Assembly: GCA_965243205.1 (NCBI GenBank)
Contig: CBDEUK010000002.1
Location: 544,001 to 608,000 of the forward strand
Direction: 5' to 3'
DNA: 64,000 nt
Source: Gammaproteobacteria bacterium
GTDB taxonomy: Bacteria > Pseudomonadota > Gammaproteobacteria > Eutrophobiales > Eutrophobiaceae
The notes beneath the pieces are model-generated. The model saw only the letters and a program-made list of their open reading frames with translations. It ran no database searches and had not been told where the DNA came from. Below, piece after piece: positions 51,404 to 60,006 of the stretch (the stretch's first letter is position 1; each line of letters starts with the position of its first letter). Position numbers and translations under genes: made by a program.

Positions 51404-52279
51404 TTATGACTCGAAGTAATCACGTAAACCTAAATATTCCTGAACTCCAAGAATGTCTTTAATGTCGTCAAACTTCACCATTCTTTCTTCTAACGATTTA
51501 GTATGACCATCTCGTTTAAATACTTCTGCCATTTCACGCATTGCTTTTGCTGTTAATAAAACAGAATCAATAGGAGCAACAACAATTTTAAATCCTAGCT
51601 CTTCAAGTTCCTTAGTTGAAAGAATAGGTGTCTTACCAAAAGCAAGCATATTCACGAGCTTTGGGTACTCTACTCGTTGGCATATTTGCTCCATTTCATC
51701 GATAGTCAAAGGTGCCTCGATAAACGCAACATCTGCGCCAGCATCACAATATCGATTCACTCTATCAATGGCTTCATCTAAATTATGAGTTCCTCTAGCA
51801 TCCGTTCTGGCAATAAAAATAAAATCATCATTCTGTCTTGCCGAAACAGCTGCTTTAAATTTTGTAACCATTTCTGCAGCTTCAATCACTTGATTACCAC
51901 CAAAATGACCACAACGTTTAGGAAACGCTTGATCTTCTAAAATAATACCTGCTGCCCCTGCTCCTTCAAATTCTTGTACGCAGCGCATCACATTATGAAT
52001 ATCGCCATGGCCTGTATCTGCATCCGCTATTAATGGAATGGATAGTCGATGAGCCATCCTTCGAGTCGCATCAACCATTTCCATTAACCCTAGAAAATTC
52101 AAATCAGGATAGCCATTTAAACTCGCACTAGTACCAAAACCACCCATAAAAACCGATTCAAAACCAGCTTGCTCAATTAAAACAGCTGATAACACATCAT
52201 GAGCACCTAATGAGCAAATAATGCCTGGATTTTCTAATAAATCCCGAATCTGTTTAGTTGTTTTTTTTGAACTGGTCAT
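51404..52279 (-). CDS. Isocitrate lyase/PEP mutase family C-C lyase (PrpB / dimethylmalate lyase / oxaloacetate hydrolase-like)
   Basis: DADTGHG, IILEDQ, KRCGH, IARTD, AFIEA. Confidence 0.9.
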   Translation of the reverse strand: MTSSKKTTKQIRDLLENPGIICSLGAHDVLSAVLIEQAGFESVFMGGFGTSASLNGYPDLNFLGLMEMVDATRRMAHRLSIPLIADADTGHGDIHNVMRCVQEFEGAGAAGIILEDQAFPKRCGHFGGNQVIEAAEMVTKFKAAVSARQNDDFIFIARTDARGTHNLDEAIDRVNRYCDAGADVAFIEAPLTIDEMEQICQRVEYPKLVNMLAFGKTPILSTKELEELGFKIVVAPIDSVLLTAKAMREMAEVFKRDGHTKSLEERMVKFDDIKDILGVQEYLGLRDYFES

Positions 52280-52396
52280 CTTCTCCTCCTTATATCGTAG
52301 CGGATGTATAACTATCTATTATCAAGATTAAGCCAGTATTTTTCCAGTTAGAATATCGATATAATGAGCAACAATAAAACTCACCATTAAAATAAA

Positions 52397-53452
52397 ATGC
52401 GTAATAGCTCCATAAGTCTAAATTTCTTACTAATATTAAATTTACTAACTCTATCAAATTTATCATACTCTGAAATATCATCTGATCATTTAATGTCATT
52501 AGAAACAGCGGCTATTGACGGTAATATAAATGCTCAGTCGCAGCTTGCTTCAATGTATTATTTGGGTGAAGGTGTCGAACAAAATTTCAATCAAGCATTT
52601 GCTTGGTACCAATTAGCTGCCGAACAAGGTGATGCAAAAGCCCAGTACAGTTTAGGAAATTTGTATTTACTCGGAGAAGGCACTCAAATTGATAAAAAAC
52701 AAGCTATGTATTGGTATCAGAAATCTTCTGAACAAGGATTTACAAGAGCTCAATCACGTTTAAACACATTAAGCGCTAGTCTAAAACTTGGTAGTAATTT
52801 AGATTTATCCACTGAGACAAATCATTATGCAGGCGCACCTCTAGAAGAAGAAAAAGATATAGTTATTCTTAAAAGCCAAGATGAAATAGAAATAAAACGT
52901 AAAACTCCTTCAAACAATAATAATTCAGACAATTTGTTTGACCAATTATTCAACTCAAATCCTGAAAATAACGAGAAAGTTGATATTAAAGAAGTTAGTG
53001 AAGATAAAGACAATCTTATCAATACTGATTCAGCAACATCCGATCTGCAGCCTGGACCTATTATAAATCATGAAGTGATAAAAGAAAAAACTAAAGAAAA
53101 AATATTTGAACCTATCACTCAAGAACATACATATTTATATCAACTCTATAATAAAGCAAAAGAAAATGATGCTGATGCTCAATACCTTATTGGCAATGCA
53201 TATTACACTGGTAATGAAATTGAACAAAACTTACAACAAGCTTTTTTATGGTATCAACGTGCAGCAGAAAATGGGCATATCGACGCACAATTTCAATTAG
53301 CAAATATCTATTTAATGGGTGAAGGAATCCATCAAAATGATGAAAAAGCACTTTTCTGGTATAAAAAAGCTGCAGAACAAAATCATCCAGATGCAAAGAA
53401 AAACTACGAAAGTTTAAAACAATTTTCAATTACAAAAGATACTTCAAAATAA
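52397..53452 (+). CDS. Exported Sel1-repeat protein
   Basis: Two clusters of AQ..LG..Y..GEG...A..WY..AA.QG repeats separated by an acidic/Asn-rich linker. Confidence 0.88.
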   Translation: MRNSSISLNFLLILNLLTLSNLSYSEISSDHLMSLETAAIDGNINAQSQLASMYYLGEGVEQNFNQAFAWYQLAAEQGDAKAQYSLGNLYLLGEGTQIDKKQAMYWYQKSSEQGFTRAQSRLNTLSASLKLGSNLDLSTETNHYAGAPLEEEKDIVILKSQDEIEIKRKTPSNNNNSDNLFDQLFNSNPENNEKVDIKEVSEDKDNLINTDSATSDLQPGPIINHEVIKEKTKEKIFEPITQEHTYLYQLYNKAKENDADAQYLIGNAYYTGNEIEQNLQQAFLWYQRAAENGHIDAQFQLANIYLMGEGIHQNDEKALFWYKKAAEQNHPDAKKNYESLKQFSITKDTSK

Positions 53453-53464
53453 GAAATATATATT

Positions 53465-54220
53465 TTGATGAAAAATCACCAAACGTTATCTGACTTAAAA
53501 GAATATGAAATAATTATTAATACAATTATTAATAAAGGTTATAAATGTATCAACATGGATGAATTTGATTCAGATAAAGCTCATTTACTTTTACGCCATG
53601 ATGTCGATATAAACTTTGATGCTGCTGTTGATATGGCAGAAATTGAAGCAAAAAATAATTGGCAATCAATCTATTTTATAATGTTATCTACTGAATTTTA
53701 TAATATATTTTCTCGAGCTGGCCGAAAAAATTTAAACTCAATTCTAAACTTAGATCATGAAATTGGTTTGCATTATGATCTCTCTGTTTATAACAAAAAA
53801 ATAAATATTGAGAAAAAACTTAAAGAAGAATGTCAAATTTTAGAGACATTAATTGACAGACCTGTAAGGTACGTAGCACCGCATAGACCATCAAGCTACT
53901 GTAAAGAAATATTGAACAGTGAATCATTTATTGCCAACAGAGCACATCCATATCAACCAAAATATTTTTCTGATAATAAATACATAACTGAAAGTCCTGG
54001 TTATTGGTCTCATGGACATCCATTAGATAATACTAATTTCAAAACAGGCAAAGCTATTCAATTACTAACTCATCCACATTTATGGGTTAAGGAAGAAAAA
54101 GATCGAGATATAAAAATACAATTTTCTATTGAGCAACAAAAAAAATTATTACTAAAAGAAGCTGAACTTAATTTTAATGGATTTAAAGTAGTTTCTAACC
54201 ACCACCTCGACGATAAGTGA
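53465..54220 (+). CDS. Polysaccharide deacetylase-like protein
   Basis: LLRHDVD, HEIGLH, H-R-P, QLLTHPHLW. Confidence 0.7.
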   Translation: MMKNHQTLSDLKEYEIIINTIINKGYKCINMDEFDSDKAHLLLRHDVDINFDAAVDMAEIEAKNNWQSIYFIMLSTEFYNIFSRAGRKNLNSILNLDHEIGLHYDLSVYNKKINIEKKLKEECQILETLIDRPVRYVAPHRPSSYCKEILNSESFIANRAHPYQPKYFSDNKYITESPGYWSHGHPLDNTNFKTGKAIQLLTHPHLWVKEEKDRDIKIQFSIEQQKKLLLKEAELNFNGFKVVSNHHLDDK

Positions 54221-54482
54221 TTTCAAATTCTTTAAAAAAATTATCTATATCGTTTTCTTCAACATTAATAAATTCAAAATCTACTTTTGTAGAAGGTAAT
54301 TCAAGCGACGCAATTTTATGGGTAGTTTGCTCATTCAGTTGAATGATTAATTTTCCATTCTTAATATTTACATTAATGACTGGTGATTTAATAGAATACT
54401 TATAAGTTTCTAAAACCTTAGGCAATAAACGATAAAAGTCTGCATGAGAAATACTCATTGTACGAGAACTCTTTTGATTCAA
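54195..54482 (-). CDS. AorE-like small protein ending in RRGGG
   Basis: GGAG SD 7 nt before TTG 54482; last gene of the AOR operon. Confidence 0.7.
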   Translation of the reverse strand: MNQKSSRTMSISHADFYRLLPKVLETYKYSIKSPVINVNIKNGKLIIQLNEQTTHKIASLELPSTKVDFEFINVEENDIDNFFKEFEITYRRGGG

Positions 54483-54498
54483 AAAATAACTCCAAAGT

Positions 54499-54750
54499 TC
54501 AACCACCAGCAACGGGTGGCCAAATCGCTAAAGTATCACCCTCTTTAAAGATCGCTTGGTTACGTTCATCAGGCTGGACATAGGTTCCATTTAATAAAAT
54601 AAGATGTGCAGATTCTAAAGGCACACTATAACGTTCTAAAATAGAAATGGGGGTATCTGATTCTGTGACATCAATTTCGATGCTGTGTTTATTTGAATCC
54701 TCAGGTAAGTATGCGGTTAAATTTGCATACAACTTAAATGTTAACCGCAT
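54499..54750 (-). CDS. MoaD/ThiS family sulfur carrier (AorD-like)
   Basis: KLYANL, LNG, EGDTLAIWPPVAGG C-terminus. Confidence 0.92.
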   Translation of the reverse strand: MRLTFKLYANLTAYLPEDSNKHSIEIDVTESDTPISILERYSVPLESAHLILLNGTYVQPDERNQAIFKEGDTLAIWPPVAGG

Positions 54751-54755
54751 TAAAA

Positions 54756-56018
54756 TTACATTACCCGTGCGTTATGACCAATAGGTTGAGTCGACGCTAA
54801 ATAGGCTTCCATAATTCGAGTCGGGTCTTCTAAAAGTTTATCTTTCCATTTACCCAACTTTAATTCAGTTTGTATTAATCCTCTTAACACACCAACATGT
54901 TCAGTCAGTCCTAAAGACTGTGCTCCAACTAATACATCATCTTTAAATTGTAAGCTTAGGTATTTATATCGTTCTTCATCACATAACTCAACGCTTTCAC
55001 CACCTTCAACACCCATCCAAGAACCATATGACGATGAAATAAGCCCCATTGTATCAAGCACATTCATGTTAACACTACCTTGATGTAGAGTATCTTTACC
55101 AGCCATGTTCATCGCCGCAATGCGTCCATGATCCGCTGCGGTTGGTTGAATGGCTTGCACGGTATATTCACCCGTTGAAAAGTCTTTGCCCTGACAAACA
55201 TCACCAGCAGCATAGATATAATCAATATTGGATTGCAGTCGGTCATTTACTAACACGCCAAAGTCAGTCTCTATTCCACTCTCTTCTAGAAAATTAATGT
55301 TCGCTCTAACACCTGTGGCGGATATAACGGCGTCCGCAGGTATAGTGTTTCCATTATCAAGTTGTACAGAGAGTTCATTTCCATTTTCTTCGATAGAGTT
55401 GATCTTTGTTGAAGTTAAAACCGTTACACCTTTTTCTTCACACCATTTTTTAATCAAGCCACCTGATGTTTCATTCATCATACGTGGCACCATACGGTCT
55501 TCCATTTCAACCACGGTTAGGTTCACACCGCGTAATGCCAAGGCCTCTAAAATAATACAGCCAATAAAACCAGCACCCATTAACACAACGTTAGAACCGG
55601 GTTTTGCATTAGCTGCTATCTTGCGACCATCATCTAAGGTCCAACATGAAATAACTTTATCTAGATCCATACCGGGTATAGGGGGACGAACAGGGTGAGA
55701 ACCTGTGGCAATTAATAAACGATCAAAATTTTGAGTCGATCCGTTATCCAATTCTAGTTTTTTATTACTAGCATCAACCTTTGTTACACGAGCCCTTACT
55801 ATCTCAATCCCTTGAGAACGAAAGTGATCATCAGTCTTACGCAAATACGTTCCGTCTTCTTTGATCTTTTCAATTAAATAGTAAGGTAAAGCCATTCTCG
55901 AATAAGGAGGCTCATGTTCATCACCAATAATCATAACGGATGATGTTGGATCGACCTTGCGTAAAGTTTCCGCAGCAATAACACCTGCTGGACCGGCACC
56001 TATGATGACATGTTGCAT
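54756..56018 (-). CDS. FAD/NAD-dependent oxidoreductase subunit (AorC-like)
   Basis: IIGAGPAG, PPYSR, LLIATGS, GAGFIG, IYAAGD. Confidence 0.9.
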   Translation of the reverse strand: MQHVIIGAGPAGVIAAETLRKVDPTSSVMIIGDEHEPPYSRMALPYYLIEKIKEDGTYLRKTDDHFRSQGIEIVRARVTKVDASNKKLELDNGSTQNFDRLLIATGSHPVRPPIPGMDLDKVISCWTLDDGRKIAANAKPGSNVVLMGAGFIGCIILEALALRGVNLTVVEMEDRMVPRMMNETSGGLIKKWCEEKGVTVLTSTKINSIEENGNELSVQLDNGNTIPADAVISATGVRANINFLEESGIETDFGVLVNDRLQSNIDYIYAAGDVCQGKDFSTGEYTVQAIQPTAADHGRIAAMNMAGKDTLHQGSVNMNVLDTMGLISSSYGSWMGVEGGESVELCDEERYKYLSLQFKDDVLVGAQSLGLTEHVGVLRGLIQTELKLGKWKDKLLEDPTRIMEAYLASTQPIGHNARVM

Positions 56019-56042
56019 AGTTACTCTCCTGTCACAGCAAAA

Positions 56043-57902
56043 TTAAGTTAAGCCTAAACGTTGTCGAGTTTCATCGGTTGGAACACCTTCAGGAGTCCAG
56101 CCTCTTAGCTCATAATATTTAGGTAACATTTCATGTAAGTTATTGACTTTACCTTTAGCAGGACCAGTCTTTCCTGCATCCTTCAATAAACGTTTTGGTA
56201 AGGTATCATCTTTACCCGTTAAGCCCGCTGCCAAATTGAAATCACGTTCCATATTCCAAATACGCTCACCAACTTCCATCATTTTTTCAGGTGTCCAATT
56301 ACCTTCACAAGCAGCATCCACTTGTGGTGCGATATCTTCTAATGTCCAAGCAAAGGTTGTAAACACACAGATACCTGCAGAATCAACCGCAGCCGTAGCA
56401 TCTTGAAATGCTTTAACTAATTCTGGCTTACCTTCAGTTTCTAATGGATCCGTTTTTTCTGGAATACCTAATATTTCAGAGGAGACAGTATAGCCACGTA
56501 AATGACAAGCACCACGATTTGATGTGGCATAGGTTAGTCCCATACCTTGAATACCACGTGGGTCATAAGCTGGGAATTCTTGGCCCTTAACAGACATTGA
56601 TAATTCAGGACGGCCATATTTTTCACACAAACGTTTTGAACCAAGCCCAAGTTCTTTACCAAAGCCTTCACCTTTAGCAGTTACTTCTGCTGCCCAAGCC
56701 AGAGCTTCGGCTGAACCAAATTTAAGTTCCATACCGCCAGTATGCTCAGTGGTTAAAATACCTTCTTCAAATAATTCCATTGCCGCAGATACTGTAGCAC
56801 CAAAGGAAATAGGATCCATTCCATCTTCGTTACAAACGAAGTTTGCGAAAGTAAGGACATCTAAATCGTCAACCCCAGTATTGGAACCTAGTGCCCAAGC
56901 CGCTTCATACTCTAAACCACCGGAATTAACTTTATATCGATCTCTACCCTCGCCTTGTACAGTAAAGTGAGTTGGGTCAATGGTCGATATACGACCACAA
57001 GCGATTGTACAACCAAAACAAGCACCGTTTGTTGTGAGGTTAGGGTTGCCATCACTCTCACGTTCTTCAAGCATCGCCTCACCTGAAATTTCACCAGCGC
57101 CCTCAAATTGAACTTCACGCATATTACGTGTTGGCATTGCTCCTACTTCATTAATGACATTCATAAGTACTTGAGTACCTAATGCTGGTAAACCTTCACC
57201 GGTTACTGCATTTCCAGCTAGAACTTCTTTACCTGCATTAGTTGCATTCATAAATGCTTTAGGGTCACGAATATTACTAACACCTTTGGTTCCTCTCACC
57301 GCAACAGCTTTTAAGTTTTTTGATGCCATGACAGTGCCTACGCCGGAACGGCCTGCCGCTCGATGTAAATCATTAACAATTGCAGAATACAAACAACCTT
57401 GTTCTGCAGAACGTCCAACTGCAGCTATGCGAACCAATGGGTCTTGATGTTTCTTATGAATTTCTTCATCCGCTTCCCAAACCGATTTACCCCATAGGTC
57501 ATCGGCTGGTAACAATTCGGCTTTTTCATTCTCCAGGTAAAGATAGACTGGTGTTGGAGATTTACCTTCAAAGATGATCATATCCCAGCCGGCGTTCTTG
57601 ATTTCATTACCGATGAAACCACCAGAATTTGAACAAGCAATAGCCCCGGTCAGTGGGCTTTTAGTCACCACTGAATAACGTCCTGCTGTTGAAGCCATGG
57701 TCCCAGTTAATGGGCCAGTCGTCATGATCATTTTATTTTCAGGACTCAGCGCATCGCATTTCGGGTCAATTTCTTCAAATAGATATTTAGTCGCCAAACC
57801 ACGCTGACCGAGATATTCATCGGCCCATTGCATATTCAAAGGTTCATTGACAATGCTGCCAGTGGTTAAATTAATTCGTAGTACATTATTTGCCCAAGCC
57901 AT
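56043..57902 (-). CDS. Tungsten-type aldehyde:ferredoxin oxidoreductase catalytic subunit (AorB-like)
   Basis: KSPLTG, AAGRSGVG.VM.SKNLKA, C..C...C, EYE, D..GMD, NRGACH. Confidence 0.94.
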   Translation of the reverse strand: MAWANNVLRINLTTGSIVNEPLNMQWADEYLGQRGLATKYLFEEIDPKCDALSPENKMIMTTGPLTGTMASTAGRYSVVTKSPLTGAIACSNSGGFIGNEIKNAGWDMIIFEGKSPTPVYLYLENEKAELLPADDLWGKSVWEADEEIHKKHQDPLVRIAAVGRSAEQGCLYSAIVNDLHRAAGRSGVGTVMASKNLKAVAVRGTKGVSNIRDPKAFMNATNAGKEVLAGNAVTGEGLPALGTQVLMNVINEVGAMPTRNMREVQFEGAGEISGEAMLEERESDGNPNLTTNGACFGCTIACGRISTIDPTHFTVQGEGRDRYKVNSGGLEYEAAWALGSNTGVDDLDVLTFANFVCNEDGMDPISFGATVSAAMELFEEGILTTEHTGGMELKFGSAEALAWAAEVTAKGEGFGKELGLGSKRLCEKYGRPELSMSVKGQEFPAYDPRGIQGMGLTYATSNRGACHLRGYTVSSEILGIPEKTDPLETEGKPELVKAFQDATAAVDSAGICVFTTFAWTLEDIAPQVDAACEGNWTPEKMMEVGERIWNMERDFNLAAGLTGKDDTLPKRLLKDAGKTGPAKGKVNNLHEMLPKYYELRGWTPEGVPTDETRQRLGLT

Positions 57903-57913
57903 ATCAAACCTCC

Positions 57914-58384
57914 TTACGATTTAACATCAGCTGATGCAGCTGCATGAGCACGCATTCTTTCGAGACCAGTGTGTCCTGCATCAACATAAGTAATTGCATC
58001 GGTAGGACATGCTGAAGCGCATTGAGGATCACCACCACATAAGTCACATTTATGGACGACTTTTGTTTCAGTGTCGTAATTTACTGTACCGAAAGGACAA
58101 GCAATGGTGCAGACTTTACACCCTACACATAAATCAGCGTGGACTTCTTTGGCACCCGTCGCTTCATTAATGGTAATCGCCTCAACAGGGCAAGCATGCA
58201 TACACCACGCTTCGGTACATTGGGTACATGTATATGGAACGAATCGGCCTTCTTCATGGAAACTAAAAACCTTAATTCGTGATTTGGATGGGTTAAATAC
58301 ACCTTCAGCTTCATAAGAACAGGCCATTTCACATTGTAAACAACCGGTGCATTTCTCAGGTTCAATCTGTAGTGCTCTGAGCAT
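57914..58384 (-). CDS. 4Fe-4S polyferredoxin subunit (AorA-like)
   Basis: Four CxxCxxCxxxC-type clusters; ATG 58384 after GGGGAG. Confidence 0.92.
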   Translation of the reverse strand: MLRALQIEPEKCTGCLQCEMACSYEAEGVFNPSKSRIKVFSFHEEGRFVPYTCTQCTEAWCMHACPVEAITINEATGAKEVHADLCVGCKVCTIACPFGTVNYDTETKVVHKCDLCGGDPQCASACPTDAITYVDAGHTGLERMRAHAAASADVKS

Positions 58385-58421
58385 GGCTTCTCCCCTCGAC
58401 TCAGCAATATTATTATTAAAA

Positions 58422-58490
58422 AGCAACTCATTATTGTTGCAATAAGCAACAAATTAATATCAAATTCAAATACTTACGAAATTTGAATTT
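58422..58490. promoter_or_regulatory. Inverted-repeat operator candidates upstream of the AOR operon
   Basis: AAATTCAAAT-N9-ATTTGAATTT (58462-58490) and TGTTGC-N5-GCAACA (58435-58451). Confidence 0.45.
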
Positions 58491-58548
58491 ATTTATCTAT
58501 TTAACGATTAAGTGATAAGTTTTTCAAGTTAATTATAGTAAAAATTTC

Positions 58549-58575
58549 TGAATTTCTATCGCTAAGAGCCGATAG
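58549..58575 (+). promoter_or_regulatory. Putative sigma28 promoter of grxC
   Basis: TGAA-N15-GCCGATAG. Confidence 0.45.
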
Positions 58576-58670
58576 TCATAGTTAATCAAGATAATTGAAA
58601 TATACAAATATCTTCTAAGAACGAATTTCATTAGAATTTTTACTTATTTATAGACATAAGACATAAACCA

Positions 58671-58922
58671 ATGATTAAGATTTATACAAAGCAAACTTGT
58701 GGCTATTGCCATATGGCAAAAAAACTACTCAACTCAAAAGGTATCGCATTTGATGAAACGGATGTGACTTTTGACCGTGATAAGTTTTCAGAAATGGTCC
58801 AACGTGCAGATGGTAGACGTACTGTGCCACAAATCTTCATACACGATGAGCCTATTGGAGGGTTTACTGAATTAGCGGGGCTTGCAAGATCTGGAACGCT
58901 TGAAAATCTTCTCAACAAATAA
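58671..58922 (+). CDS. grxC: Glutaredoxin 3
   Basis: CGYC, RTVPQIFI, IGGF. Confidence 0.93.
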   Translation: MIKIYTKQTCGYCHMAKKLLNSKGIAFDETDVTFDRDKFSEMVQRADGRRTVPQIFIHDEPIGGFTELAGLARSGTLENLLNK

Positions 58923-58936
58923 TTCTTAAAACGGTT

Positions 58937-59590
58937 TTACCAATTACGAATTTCAAAGCCTGTCTGTTCTGCAATAACTCGCAACTTATCAGTTGGATTC
59001 ACTGCGATTCCTAAATCAGCCCACTCAAGCAAATATTTATCCGAATGATGATCGCTGTAAGCAACCGTTTTATAATTATCTAAGATATTCGATAATTCTT
59101 TTTTTATTTGAGCAAGTTTATTCGGACCATAACAATTCTCACCATCGATATCTCCGATAAGTCGACCATTACTCCATACAGATTTAGTACAAATAATTTG
59201 ATCAAAACCTAATTCCTTACCAATTTTCTCAACATAAAAATCATAGCTCGCACTGGCTAGTACTAAATAGTCAGATTGTTCTTTATGATATTGAATTTGT
59301 CCTAATGCCTGAGAATAATATTGATCTTTAATATCTGACAAAAAATCATCCACTAAACTATTAACATCATCTCGTTGTGTGCCGCCAATGATTGCTCCAA
59401 GAAATGTTTTTTTTAACCATGAATTATCTTTTAGTTTTAATTTAAATATTAAAACTGCGAAAGGTAAAAAGTAACATCGAAAAAGTCTTAACGGATTTTG
59501 TTTTAAACAGAAAATAAGAAAGGCAAGATAAGTATCTTTTTTAGTAATAGTATTATCTAAATCAAACACTACAATTTTATTTAGACTCAT
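58937..59590 (-). CDS. HAD-IB family phosphatase
   Basis: FDLDNTIT, ASAS, NCYG..K, AYSDHHSD, AVNP. Confidence 0.9.
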   Translation of the reverse strand: MSLNKIVVFDLDNTITKKDTYLAFLIFCLKQNPLRLFRCYFLPFAVLIFKLKLKDNSWLKKTFLGAIIGGTQRDDVNSLVDDFLSDIKDQYYSQALGQIQYHKEQSDYLVLASASYDFYVEKIGKELGFDQIICTKSVWSNGRLIGDIDGENCYGPNKLAQIKKELSNILDNYKTVAYSDHHSDKYLLEWADLGIAVNPTDKLRVIAEQTGFEIRNW

Positions 59591-59976
59591 GCTTTACAAA
59601 TATCGCTATTAGATTTGAAAGTATAATGTTTGTTTATAATAAAATTGATAAGTGTTACTACACCCGTTGATATAAATTGGGAAATTAAATAAAGAACATT
59701 TAATTTCTCATATAAAAACCAAAATATCAGTAAATTCACAACAAATGTTATCAACGTTACCATTGTATATCGAGTTAACATCACTTTATGAGATCCATTG
59801 GCCTTAAAAGTCCAGTGGTATTGCAATGTATAATTTACAGCACATGCTATAACAAATCCGATAGCGCTGGCCATAGGTGGATATATCGCCAGTAACTCAA
59901 CCAAAGCAATAAGTACTAAGAAATGTACGCCAGCAGCAGTACCACCGGCGATTAAATACCGAATAAATGTTTTCAT
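59587..59976 (-). CDS. GtrA family flippase-like protein
   Basis: FIRYLIAG, NY...WTF, NF...YTF; four TM helices. Confidence 0.9.
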   Translation of the reverse strand: MKTFIRYLIAGGTAAGVHFLVLIALVELLAIYPPMASAIGFVIACAVNYTLQYHWTFKANGSHKVMLTRYTMVTLITFVVNLLIFWFLYEKLNVLYLISQFISTGVVTLINFIINKHYTFKSNSDICKA

Positions 59977-60006
59977 TAGTGAATGAAATTTACTGAATAT
60001 TATTGA

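Noticed and set aside
52290-52499. 69-aa minus-strand ORF
   Set aside because: Overlaps the Sel1 gene start on the opposite strand and has no recognisable features.
964-58918. Many short ORF-track entries antisense to or nested in long genes (e.g. 7880-8251, 11203-11658, 21016-21360, 55228-55698)
   Set aside because: They shadow well-supported genes and show no motifs or ribosome-binding sites.
37422-58922. Selenocysteine recoding in the redox proteins
   Set aside because: No in-frame TGA at catalytic Cys positions; the degenerate glutaredoxin uses TCA and TTA codons.
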